A DNA stretch of 64,000 bases, taken from NCBI GenBank assembly GCA_036351755.1, contig JAZBPT010000044.1, forward strand, positions 2,685-66,684. The letters are read 5' to 3'. A model generated the notes under the pieces. The model saw only the letters and a program-made list of their open reading frames with translations. It ran no database searches and was not told the DNA's origin. The stretch's first letter is position 1, and the number at the start of each line of letters is the position of its first letter. The position numbers and the translations under genes were made by a program. This document shows positions 20,068-28,037 of this stretch, one piece after another. This DNA comes from Wenzhouxiangella sp. (GTDB taxonomy: Bacteria; Pseudomonadota; Gammaproteobacteria; Xanthomonadales; Wenzhouxiangellaceae).

Positions 20068-21039
20068 TTACCGGATCCTCGTCGCCCGGTAGAGCAGGAG
20101 CAGGAACAGCGGTACACCGATCAGGGCAGTGAGTACGCCCACGGGCAGTTGGCGCGGGCCCAGCAGGCTGCGTGCGGCGGTGTCGGCCAGCACCAGGAAG
20201 CCGCCGCCGAACAGGGCCGAGGCGGGCAGCAATACCCGGTGATCGGCGCCGACGAGCAGGCGCATCAGGTGCGGCACGATCAGGCCGACGAAGCCGATCG
20301 CCCCGGCCAGGGACACGGCCAGGGCGGTCAGCAGCGAGGCGATGACGTAGATCTCCCAGAATCGAGCCCGCGCTGACTCGCCGAGCAGGGCGGCCTGCAG
20401 TTCACCGCCGCTGAGCACGTTGAGGCTGCGCGCGCGCAGCCACAAAAGGCCGACCCCGGCGGCCAGCGGCATCAGCCACCAGGCCGACAGGCTGGTGTAG
20501 CTCAGATCGCCCATCAGCCAGTAGAGCATCGAGCGCAGGCTGGCGTCGGACCCGGTCGCCAGGATCAGGGAGATGACCGCGCCCCAGCCGGCGGCGACCA
20601 CCACGCCGGTAAGCAGCACGCGCGTGGTGCTCCATGGCCCCCGCCCGCGTGCCAGTACAAAGACGATGACCATGGTCAGCAGCGACCCGGCGAAGGCCAG
20701 CGCCGGCACCGGCAGGAAGCTCAGGCCGAAGCTCATGCCGATCAGCGCGAAGGCGGCCGCGCCGCCGGAAAGCCCGAGGACGTAGGGGTCGGCGAGCGGG
20801 TTGCGGAGCAGGACCTGCATCAGGCAGCCGGCCTGCGCGAGCAGGGCGCCGGTGACCAGTGCCGCGATCGCCCGGGGAATGCGCAGTTCGCCGATGACGC
20901 GCCGCATGGCCTCGTCGGCGGCGAAGGGCCAGGCCCAGCCGCCGCTGCCCCAGCTGGCGGCCAGCAGCAGGGCCGCCGGGGGCAGGAGCAGGAGGCCCGC
21001 CCAGGCGATCAGCGTCTTCGTGACTGGTGCACTCGCCAT
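20068..21039 (-). CDS. FecCD/BtuC family ABC permease
   Basis: Motifs LRIPR, LRNPLADPYVLG, IGFVGLIVPH and LPVGVLTALIGVP. Start placed at MASAPV. Confidence 0.9.
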   Translation of the reverse strand: MASAPVTKTLIAWAGLLLLPPAALLLAASWGSGGWAWPFAADEAMRRVIGELRIPRAIAALVTGALLAQAGCLMQVLLRNPLADPYVLGLSGGAAAFALIGMSFGLSFLPVPALAFAGSLLTMVIVFVLARGRGPWSTTRVLLTGVVVAAGWGAVISLILATGSDASLRSMLYWLMGDLSYTSLSAWWLMPLAAGVGLLWLRARSLNVLSGGELQAALLGESARARFWEIYVIASLLTALAVSLAGAIGFVGLIVPHLMRLLVGADHRVLLPASALFGGGFLVLADTAARSLLGPRQLPVGVLTALIGVPLFLLLLYRATRIR

Positions 21040-21112
21040 GAATTGATTACCATTCGAGACAGTTGAATCTTTCCGCGGCCCGGTATGATAGCCGGCCGCG
21101 ATGACCATCACC

Positions 21113-21625
21113 ATGATTGATCCGGACGGTTTCAGACCGAATGTCGGGATCGTGCTGGCCAGGGAAGACGGGCGCGTTTTCTGGGCGCGCCGTGCCGGCA
21201 AGGATGGCTGGCAGTTCCCGCAGGGCGGCATGAACACCGATGAAACGCCCATCGAAGCGATGTACCGAGAACTCGGCGAGGAGACCGGGCTGACGCCCGA
21301 CCACGTCGAGGTGCTGGGTCAAACCCCTGGCTGGCTGCGCTATCGCCTGCCCCGGCGGTATCGGCGTCGCCATCAGAAGCCCGTGTGCGTGGGTCAGAAG
21401 CAGGTCTGGTTCCTGCTGCAGTTCCTGGCCGACGACAACGCCTTTGACCTCGAGGCCGCCGACAAGCCGGAATTCGACCGCTATCGCTGGGTCGACTTCT
21501 GGTATCCCGTCAGGCACGTGATTCCCTTCAAGCGGCGCGTCTATGCCAGGGCGTTGAAGCATCTCGAGCCGAAGCTGTCGGAAATCTCGAATCCGAAGCA
21601 CCAGATTCCAAACAAATTCGAATGA
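21113..21625 (+). CDS. rppH: RNA pyrophosphohydrolase
   Basis: Motifs [20 protein letters not shown], Nudix box [20 protein letters not shown] and PEFD. Confidence 0.95.
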   Translation: MIDPDGFRPNVGIVLAREDGRVFWARRAGKDGWQFPQGGMNTDETPIEAMYRELGEETGLTPDHVEVLGQTPGWLRYRLPRRYRRRHQKPVCVGQKQVWFLLQFLADDNAFDLEAADKPEFDRYRWVDFWYPVRHVIPFKRRVYARALKHLEPKLSEISNPKHQIPNKFE

Positions 21626-21670
21626 CGTAAATTCGAACGTTCGAAACAGGCGCGCGCTCGCGTTTCGAGA
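21581..21670 (+). repeat. Degenerate heptamer-periodic / TTCGAA-rich element overlapping the rppH 3' end
   Basis: GAAATCTCGAATCCGAAGCACCAGATTCCAAACAAATTCGAATGACGTAAATTCGAACGTTCGAAAC...GTTTCGA. Confidence 0.5.
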
Positions 21671-21752
21671 GCTGCCTGACCGAATGTCTCGGCCAAGTTT
21701 CCTTGACCGACAGCGGTTGGGCTCCCGATTGACTGATAGGAGAATTGTCGAA

Positions 21753-23180
21753 ATGAAATTTGCGCTTTGGCTGGCCGCTGGCCTGCTTCTCGCCGGGCCG
21801 CTGGCCGCCGAGCCTTTTTCCGAGGAAGACCTGGCCGTCGCGCGCGAGCTGCGCGAAGCGGCCCTGGCCGGTGACGGCGGCTACGAGGTCGTCGCCGAAC
21901 TGACCACCAGTATCGGGCCGCGACTGGCCGGCAGCGAAGCCGATGCGCGGGCCGTCGACTGGGCCGTGGCCCTATTCGAGGACATGGGTTTCGACCGCGT
22001 CTGGACCGAGCCGGCCACCTTCCCGACCTGGCACCGCGGGCTGGAGCGCACCGAGGTCGTTTCGCCTGCGCACCACGAGCTCGTCACCCTGGCGCTGGGG
22101 TTTTCGCCGGCCACGCCAAAGGGCGGTATCGAGGCCGAAGTGGTGATGTTCGACGACCTGGCCGCGCTCGAGGCGGCCGATCCGGCCGAAGTGGCCGACC
22201 GCATCGTGTTCATCCGCAACCGCATGGAGCGCACGCGTACCGGAGCCGGCTACGGCCGCGCCGTGGGCGCGCGTTCGGTGGGCAGCCGCGTGGCGGCCGA
22301 AAAGGGCGCCCTGGCGCTGGTCATCCGCTCGATCGGCACGTCCAACAACCGCTTTGCCCACACCGGCATGCAGCGTTTCGACTCCGACGTGCGCATGCTG
22401 CCGGCGGTGGCTATCTCGAACCCCGATGCCGACTTGCTCGAGCGCCTGATGGCCGGCGAGGAACCGGTACGCATCCAGGTCGAAGTCGACGCCGAGACGG
22501 TCGAGGCCTACACCTCCCAGAACGTCTTCGCCGAGATCACGGGGTCTGAAACGCCCGAGGAAATCGTCGCCATCGGCGCCCACCTGGACTCCTGGGACGT
22601 GGGTACCGGAGCGATCGACGACGGTGCGGGCGTGGCGATCGTGACTGAAGCCGCGCGCCTGATCAAGGAACTCGATCGGCGACCGGAACGCTCGATCCGC
22701 GTCATTCTGTTCGCCGCCGAGGAAATCGGACTGTGGGGCGGCCGCGCCTGGGCCGATGCCCGGGAAGGCGAGATAGAGCGCTATCAGCTGGTGGCCGAAT
22801 CCGACTTCGGGGCCGGACGCATCTACGCAATCAGTGCGCGGGTGAAGGACGAGGCCTGGCCGGTGATTGCCGCCATCCAGGCCGAGCTGGCCCCACTGGG
22901 CATCGAGATGGGAGACCGCCGTGCCAACGGCGGCCCCGACTTCTACCCGGCCGCCCCCCTGGGTGTGGCCGCCGTCGACCTCAAGCAGGACGGCACCGAG
23001 TACTTCGATTACCACCACACGGTCAACGACACGCTCGACAAGATCGAGCCCGACGCCCTGGCGCAGAACGCCGCGGCCTACGCCGTTCTGGCCTGGCTGG
23101 GCGCGCAGGCGTCGATGGATTTCGGGTCGGGCGAGACCATCCTGGCCGAAGAAGCCGGGCGAGAGGGGTCGGACGGCTGA
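21753..23180 (+). CDS. Exported M28 family metallopeptidase with PA domain (carboxypeptidase Q-like)
   Basis: SD AGGAG and signal peptide MKFALWLAAG. Motifs GPRLAGS, GAHLDSWD, GAIDDGAG, AEEIG, ESDFG and YHHT..DT. Confidence 0.92.
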   Translation: MKFALWLAAGLLLAGPLAAEPFSEEDLAVARELREAALAGDGGYEVVAELTTSIGPRLAGSEADARAVDWAVALFEDMGFDRVWTEPATFPTWHRGLERTEVVSPAHHELVTLALGFSPATPKGGIEAEVVMFDDLAALEAADPAEVADRIVFIRNRMERTRTGAGYGRAVGARSVGSRVAAEKGALALVIRSIGTSNNRFAHTGMQRFDSDVRMLPAVAISNPDADLLERLMAGEEPVRIQVEVDAETVEAYTSQNVFAEITGSETPEEIVAIGAHLDSWDVGTGAIDDGAGVAIVTEAARLIKELDRRPERSIRVILFAAEEIGLWGGRAWADAREGEIERYQLVAESDFGAGRIYAISARVKDEAWPVIAAIQAELAPLGIEMGDRRANGGPDFYPAAPLGVAAVDLKQDGTEYFDYHHTVNDTLDKIEPDALAQNAAAYAVLAWLGAQASMDFGSGETILAEEAGREGSDG

Positions 23181-23189
23181 GCGACCTGG

Positions 23190-23966
23190 TCAGTCCAGGG
23201 CATCGATTGCCGCGATCCACTGCTCGTCCCGTTCGGCCTCGACCGCCGGCGGGATGACCAGGGTGGTGTATTCCTTGTAGCGCGCCGACGGCAGGTCGGC
23301 CAGCGTCATTCGCTCGGCCCGGAAATCCTCGATCGGCAGCTGGGCGGCCTCGTAGAGGATGACGGGCGTGTCCAGGGCGTATCGGCGCGAAAGTTTGTCG
23401 ACCAGTACCTGAAGCCGCTTCGGGTCCGGTTCGAAGCCCACGCAGTCGAGATTGCCGGCCAGCGCCACCTGCCACAGCAGCACCAGCGCGGTCGGATCGA
23501 GCGAGTGCTTGTAGGCCAGAAAGCGGGTTGCCTCGATGGACTGCACGCCCCGCTCGCCCGGATCGAGTCCCAGGTCGGCGTATAGGCAGGCTTCAGCCGA
23601 AATGCCCGGTTCCATGCGTGCGGGCAGCCCCGCGGCGCGGACCTGCGCAATCGCTTCGTGCGGCACCTGGGCGAATACGCCGGGGTGCCCGTAGAACACC
23701 GTGCAGACGCGCTCTCCGGCCGATACCGCTTCGATGATCAATGCCTTCATGGCCCGGTAGGTCTCGCGCCGGTCCGTGCGATCGTCGTAGTAGTCCGTGA
23801 GGTCGACGGCGTCGGGGCGCCGGGATGCGATCCAGTCGAAGGCGAGCGCGTCGGCCAGGACGAATACCGTGTCGGCGGCCAGGATCTCGCTGACGGCACG
23901 CTCGGTGATGTGGCGCCCCAGCTGGATGCCGCAACCGACCACCACCAGTTCGCCGTGTTGCCGCAT
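23190..23966 (-). CDS. Split-borosin backbone alpha-N-methyltransferase (SonM/OphMA-like, tetrapyrrole-methylase fold)
   Basis: Motifs GELVVVGCGIQ, DYY...RRETY (catalytic Tyr/Arg/Tyr), FYGHPGVF, MEPGISAEACLYADLGLDPG, QSIEAT.F, LLWQ, YEAA.LPI and TLVIPP. No fused core peptide. Confidence 0.9.
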   Translation of the reverse strand: MRQHGELVVVGCGIQLGRHITERAVSEILAADTVFVLADALAFDWIASRRPDAVDLTDYYDDRTDRRETYRAMKALIIEAVSAGERVCTVFYGHPGVFAQVPHEAIAQVRAAGLPARMEPGISAEACLYADLGLDPGERGVQSIEATRFLAYKHSLDPTALVLLWQVALAGNLDCVGFEPDPKRLQVLVDKLSRRYALDTPVILYEAAQLPIEDFRAERMTLADLPSARYKEYTTLVIPPAVEAERDEQWIAAIDALD

Positions 23967-23969
23967 GGA

Positions 23970-25706
23970 TCAGTCGACGCGCTGGGGCTCGGCGACGACC
24001 ACGCTGTTTCGTCCTCCGCCCTTGGCCCTGTAGAGCGCTTCGTCCGCGCGCTTGCGCAGGCTCTCCAGGGCTTCGTCCGGCGCCAGCTCGGCCACGCCGA
24101 AGCTCATCGTCAGCGGTTTTTCGTTGCCCCCGTACTGGATCTCGGCCAGGTCATTGCGAACCTGTTCCAGCCGTTCGAGAACCGGCTCGAGCTGGCTGTC
24201 GGGTATGCAGACGGCGAATTCCTCGCCGCCGATCCGGCCCACGTGACCGAGCCCGGGGAAGTTCTCGCACAGCACGCGGGCGACCTGTCGCAGCGCCTTG
24301 TCGCCGGCGATGTGGCCGTGCTCGTCGTTGACCTGCTTGAAGTGGTCGATGTCGCCCAGGGCCAGGACCAGCGGCTGGCTTCTCCGGTGCGATTCCTCGA
24401 CCAGCATTCGGGCGGTGTCGAAAAAGCGGGTGTGGTTGCTGACCCGGGTCAGCCCGTCCAGTTCGGAGAGGCGCCGGTAGTGCCGCCGTTCGCGCAGGAC
24501 GTGGATCAGCAAGAGCACGAGAATCAGGAACAGGAATACCGCAAAGCCGGTGGCCATCCAGCGCACGCGTGCCTGCTGCCGACGTGATTGCGCCTCCAGT
24601 TCGGCAACGCGCTTTTGTTCCCGAAGTAGTTCGAGTTCCTGCTCCTGGCGCTGCATGTCGAATTCGACTTCCAGGATGGCGAGCCGGCGCGAACGGTCTT
24701 CGTCGATGAATCGGTCGCGGGCCTCGCTGTGCGCCACCATGTGGCGATAGGCTTCGGCGAATTCCTCGCGCTTGGCTTGTTGCTCGGCAACCAGCCGGTG
24801 CAATTCTGACTTGCGATGCCAAAGTTCTCGTTCGTCGGTGCGCTCGATCAGCACCTGGGCAAGTTCGATTGCTTGCTTGCTCTCGCCACGTTCCGCGGCG
24901 AGCTGTGCCTGGAGGTGTTCCCCGGTCAGCACGCCGTCCGCCCAGCCGGCCTGGCGAAGTCGTTCCAATCCCCTGTCGGTCCAGCGTCGTGCCGCCGCCA
25001 GATCGCCTCTTTCGAGCGCGAGATGGCCCAGCTCCAGCTCGCTGGTGCCGGTATAGACCTGGTCGTTCACGTCCAGGCAGAGCGACAGTGCGTTGCGTGC
25101 TGCGACTTGCGCTTCCTCGTAGCGCTCGGCGTAACGATAGGCGACAGCAAGACGCTGCCCGGCCTGGCATTGCTGACTTTTGTCGCCGGACTGTCCGGCG
25201 ATGGTCATGGACTGCGTTGCGTAGTCGATCGCGCGTTCGTGGTCACCGACAATGCTGTGCACGAACCCGGCCAGGCTCAGAATACGGGATCTCTCGACGA
25301 GATCATCGCTTTCGCCGCTGAGTTCGAGTGCCGACTTCAGCTGTGCAAAGCCCCATTCGTGTTGCCCGACATTGATTCCCAGATTGGCGGCGAGCCGGAG
25401 TGCTCGCAGCCGCTGATCGTCGCTGATCGGGTTCCCGAGCAGTTCCTTGATCTGGTCAATGGCCTTGCCGTAGTCGCCCTGCAATGCCAGGTTTCGGATG
25501 TGGAGCAAGCGAATCTCCACGCGTTGACGAGGCGTGGCCTCGTCGAGTCGCTTCATCAGTGCATCGATGGCCGGTTGTGAAGCGGGTACTGCTTCGGTCA
25601 CGCTGAGATGACGAGCTCGCTCGATCGCTTCGCCCAGGTTGTCGTCCTGGGCGAACGACGAACCGCCCAGCAACGCGAGCAGAAGCATTGCCGTACGCAG
25701 GGTCAT
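23970..25706 (-). CDS. Membrane-anchored TPR-GGDEF diguanylate cyclase (paralog A)
   Basis: Signal peptide (MTLRTAMLLLALLGGSSFA), TPR-like helices, coiled coil, TM segment (GFAVFLFLILVLLLIHV), DIDHFKQVND.HGH..GD and GGEEF. Confidence 0.92.
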   Translation of the reverse strand: MTLRTAMLLLALLGGSSFAQDDNLGEAIERARHLSVTEAVPASQPAIDALMKRLDEATPRQRVEIRLLHIRNLALQGDYGKAIDQIKELLGNPISDDQRLRALRLAANLGINVGQHEWGFAQLKSALELSGESDDLVERSRILSLAGFVHSIVGDHERAIDYATQSMTIAGQSGDKSQQCQAGQRLAVAYRYAERYEEAQVAARNALSLCLDVNDQVYTGTSELELGHLALERGDLAAARRWTDRGLERLRQAGWADGVLTGEHLQAQLAAERGESKQAIELAQVLIERTDERELWHRKSELHRLVAEQQAKREEFAEAYRHMVAHSEARDRFIDEDRSRRLAILEVEFDMQRQEQELELLREQKRVAELEAQSRRQQARVRWMATGFAVFLFLILVLLLIHVLRERRHYRRLSELDGLTRVSNHTRFFDTARMLVEESHRRSQPLVLALGDIDHFKQVNDEHGHIAGDKALRQVARVLCENFPGLGHVGRIGGEEFAVCIPDSQLEPVLERLEQVRNDLAEIQYGGNEKPLTMSFGVAELAPDEALESLRKRADEALYRAKGGGRNSVVVAEPQRVD

Positions 25707-25736
25707 CGGAGTGAACGGAGGGGCAAGGTGAGCGAA

Positions 25737-25949
25737 TCAGTCGTGAGCGTGGATCGTGCTGTTGATGAGATGCACATCACGCAGACCGGACAGTCGACGC
25801 ACTTCGTCGAGGTCCTTGCTCATCATGGCCTTGCGCGCCTCGTCGGGAATTCCCCGCTTTTTCATGACGCCGTCCGGGTCCTTTTCGTACTCCGCCGCGA
25901 GTTCGGCGTCGCTGCCCAGATCCTTGAGAAGTTGCTTCAGTGCTTCCAT
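25737..25949 (-). CDS. Split-borosin precursor peptide (SonA-like: borosin-binding-domain leader plus C-terminal core)
   Basis: 70 aa: MEALKQLLKDLGSDAELAAEYEKDPDGVMKKRGIPDEARKAMMSKDLDEVRRLSG-LRDVHLINSTIHAHD. Strong SD GGGAGG before ATG 25949. Helical LG.DA.L...Y...P..VM...G pattern. Same strand and cluster as the methyltransferase. Confidence 0.85.
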   Translation of the reverse strand: MEALKQLLKDLGSDAELAAEYEKDPDGVMKKRGIPDEARKAMMSKDLDEVRRLSGLRDVHLINSTIHAHD

Positions 25950-25975
25950 GGTCGTACCTCCCTTTGGGTTCATGC

Positions 25976-26004
25976 ATTCTAATCGCTCGCCGGAGCGTTT
26001 GCGA
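25976..26004 (-). promoter_or_regulatory. Possible internal sigma70 promoter for the precursor gene
   Basis: TCGCAA-N17-TAGAAT on the minus strand; the -10 element lies 26 nt upstream of the precursor ATG. The -35 match is weak. Confidence 0.3.
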
Positions 26005-26078
26005 TCATCGGCCAAGTCGAGGGTTCTAGGAAGCGCAGCCGGCGTCCGTCCGAGCCGGCGAGCCGGCCGCTTCCCAAC

Positions 26079-27863
26079 CTATTGCGCGTCGGCAAACACG
26101 ATTCGGTCGCGGCCGTCGTTCTTGGCTCGATAGAGGGCTTCATCTGCGCGCAGTCTCAGCGAGGCGAGCGACTCCCCGGGTCGGGCGCGGGCCACGCCGA
26201 AGCTCATCGTCAGCGGCAGGTCGTCGCCCCCGTAGTCGATGCGGGCAAGGGCTTTTCGCCAGCGCTCGAGCAGTTTATCGACGGCATCGCGATCAAGGCC
26301 GGGCAGGCAGGCGGCAAACTCTTCTCCCCCGACCCGGCCGAGCCGGGCGCCATCCGGACATCGGCTGCGGAGTGCGCGGGCAACGCCCCTGAGCGCGCGA
26401 TCGCCCGCCATGTGTCCGAAACGATCGTTGACGCGCTTGAAGTGATCGACGTCCCCGATGATCAGGGTCAGGGCATGTTCGTCGTCCTGCGCGTGCTTGA
26501 GCATTTCGGCGGCGGCCTGGAAGAACCGGGTGTGGTTGTCGATCCGGGTCAGGGAATCGAGGCGCGAAAGTCGACGAAAGTGCTGCCGACCCCGCAGGAC
26601 GTGAGCGAGCACGAGGAGCAGCGCGATCAGCGCCAGTACGGCGGCGCCGGAGGCGAGCCAGCGTATTCGCCGGTCGGTGCTTCGGGATGCCGCTTCCAGT
26701 TCCGCCGCGCGGCGCTGCTCACGGAGCAGGGAGAGTTCCTGCCGCTGCGTCCGGGTATCGAAGACGACCTGCAGATAGGCCAGCTGACGGGCCCGATTCT
26801 GATCGAGCAGGCGCCGACGCGCTTCGAGACTTTGCTCCATGTGTTCCACGGCATGGCGGAATTCACCACCGGCAGCCGCTGCCCTAGCCAGCATTTCCCG
26901 CGCCTCGGCCACGTAGTCCCAGACCTCCTGATCCCGCAGGCGCGGCAGGGTGTCCTCGAGCAATTCGCGCATGTGATCAAGCCGGTCGGTTTCCTCGAGG
27001 AGTCGCGCTTTGTAGAGGCTCGCTTCGGCCAGGCCCGGACCGTAGCCGGTGGCTTCGAGTCGTTCGAAGGCCTGCGCGAAAACCTCCTCGGCGCGATCGT
27101 ACTCGCCGGCATGGCGCAACAGGTCGGCGAATCCGCTCTGGATGGTCCCGGTGAAGAGATCGTCGCCCGATTCGAGGCAGATCGAGACTGCCTCGCGGTA
27201 GTGCTCGAGCGCGGTATCGTATCGGCCAGCCGCCTTGTGGACGAAAGCGAGGCGGCCGTGGATGACGCAGCGGTCTCTCATCGTGCCGTGGGAACGCGCG
27301 TTCTCGACGGCCGCGTGAGCGTATTCGGTGGCGGTTTCGTATTCGCCGACGAGCGCGTAGAGATAGGCGGCCAGGCTGAACGGCGCGTAGATCTTTTCGT
27401 CGCCCTCGAGCCGGTCTATCAGTTCCAGGCCACGAATGATGTACTCGAAGGTCTCTTCCCACTTCCTCGCGATCATGGTCAGGTTGGCCGCGCGCCGGTA
27501 GGCGCGGGCGCGCTGGACGTCCCGCATCGGCCCGGCGAGTAGTTCTCTCAGCGTTTCCAGTCCGGCCTCGATGTCGCCTGCCAACGCCTGGTTCCGGGAG
27601 ACGAGCAACCAGTAGTCGACCCTTTGGTCGCGCGTCGCCTGCGGCAGGTGTCGGGCCAGTTCGTCCAGCAGGGCCTGGGATTCCTGCCAGGGGGCGGAGA
27701 CGTTGAGCTCGCGCGCCCGGTCGAGCTTCTGGCCGAACTGCTCGGTCGTCATTTCTTCTGCCCGGACTCCGGCCAGGGACAGGAGCGCGCAAAGCGTCGC
27801 CCCGGCAAGCAATCCGAAAGCCGTTCTGGCGCCGGCCGCCTTCAAGAAGGGATTCCGCGGCAT
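26079..27863 (-). CDS. Membrane-anchored TPR-GGDEF diguanylate cyclase (paralog B)
   Basis: Signal peptide ending in VRA-EE, TPR-like helices, coiled coil, TM segment (GAAVLALIALLLVLAHV), DVDHFKRVND.FGH..GD and GGEEF. Confidence 0.92.
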   Translation of the reverse strand: MPRNPFLKAAGARTAFGLLAGATLCALLSLAGVRAEEMTTEQFGQKLDRARELNVSAPWQESQALLDELARHLPQATRDQRVDYWLLVSRNQALAGDIEAGLETLRELLAGPMRDVQRARAYRRAANLTMIARKWEETFEYIIRGLELIDRLEGDEKIYAPFSLAAYLYALVGEYETATEYAHAAVENARSHGTMRDRCVIHGRLAFVHKAAGRYDTALEHYREAVSICLESGDDLFTGTIQSGFADLLRHAGEYDRAEEVFAQAFERLEATGYGPGLAEASLYKARLLEETDRLDHMRELLEDTLPRLRDQEVWDYVAEAREMLARAAAAGGEFRHAVEHMEQSLEARRRLLDQNRARQLAYLQVVFDTRTQRQELSLLREQRRAAELEAASRSTDRRIRWLASGAAVLALIALLLVLAHVLRGRQHFRRLSRLDSLTRIDNHTRFFQAAAEMLKHAQDDEHALTLIIGDVDHFKRVNDRFGHMAGDRALRGVARALRSRCPDGARLGRVGGEEFAACLPGLDRDAVDKLLERWRKALARIDYGGDDLPLTMSFGVARARPGESLASLRLRADEALYRAKNDGRDRIVFADAQ

Positions 27864-28037
27864 CTGCCGGGTCGGTCGGTCGCAGGAATCCGCCGGTGTG
27901 TTGCTGCAGTTGGGTACACTGATCTCCCTCGATCGATTCGAGCCGCGTCGCCGTTTGCCAAGGCGAAAGGCTCATCGATGATTGTACGCATCGCCGGACG
28001 GCGCCGGCGAATTGCTGACCTGATGGAGTCCCACCGC

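Noticed and set aside
23190-23966. Methyltransferase as a cobalamin/siroheme tetrapyrrole methylase, given nearby hem and btu-like genes
   Set aside because: It has YGHPGVF and PGISAEACLYADLG, typical of borosin enzymes, rather than the GDP..(F/Y) and PG(I/V)(T/S)(A/S) motifs of CobA/CysG, and a SonA-like peptide lies in the same cluster.
25737-26015. The 92-aa ORF call, or a LigA dioxygenase small subunit
   Set aside because: The SD and the homology pattern support the ATG at 25949. No LigB partner is present, and a LigA-like fold is expected for a borosin-binding domain.
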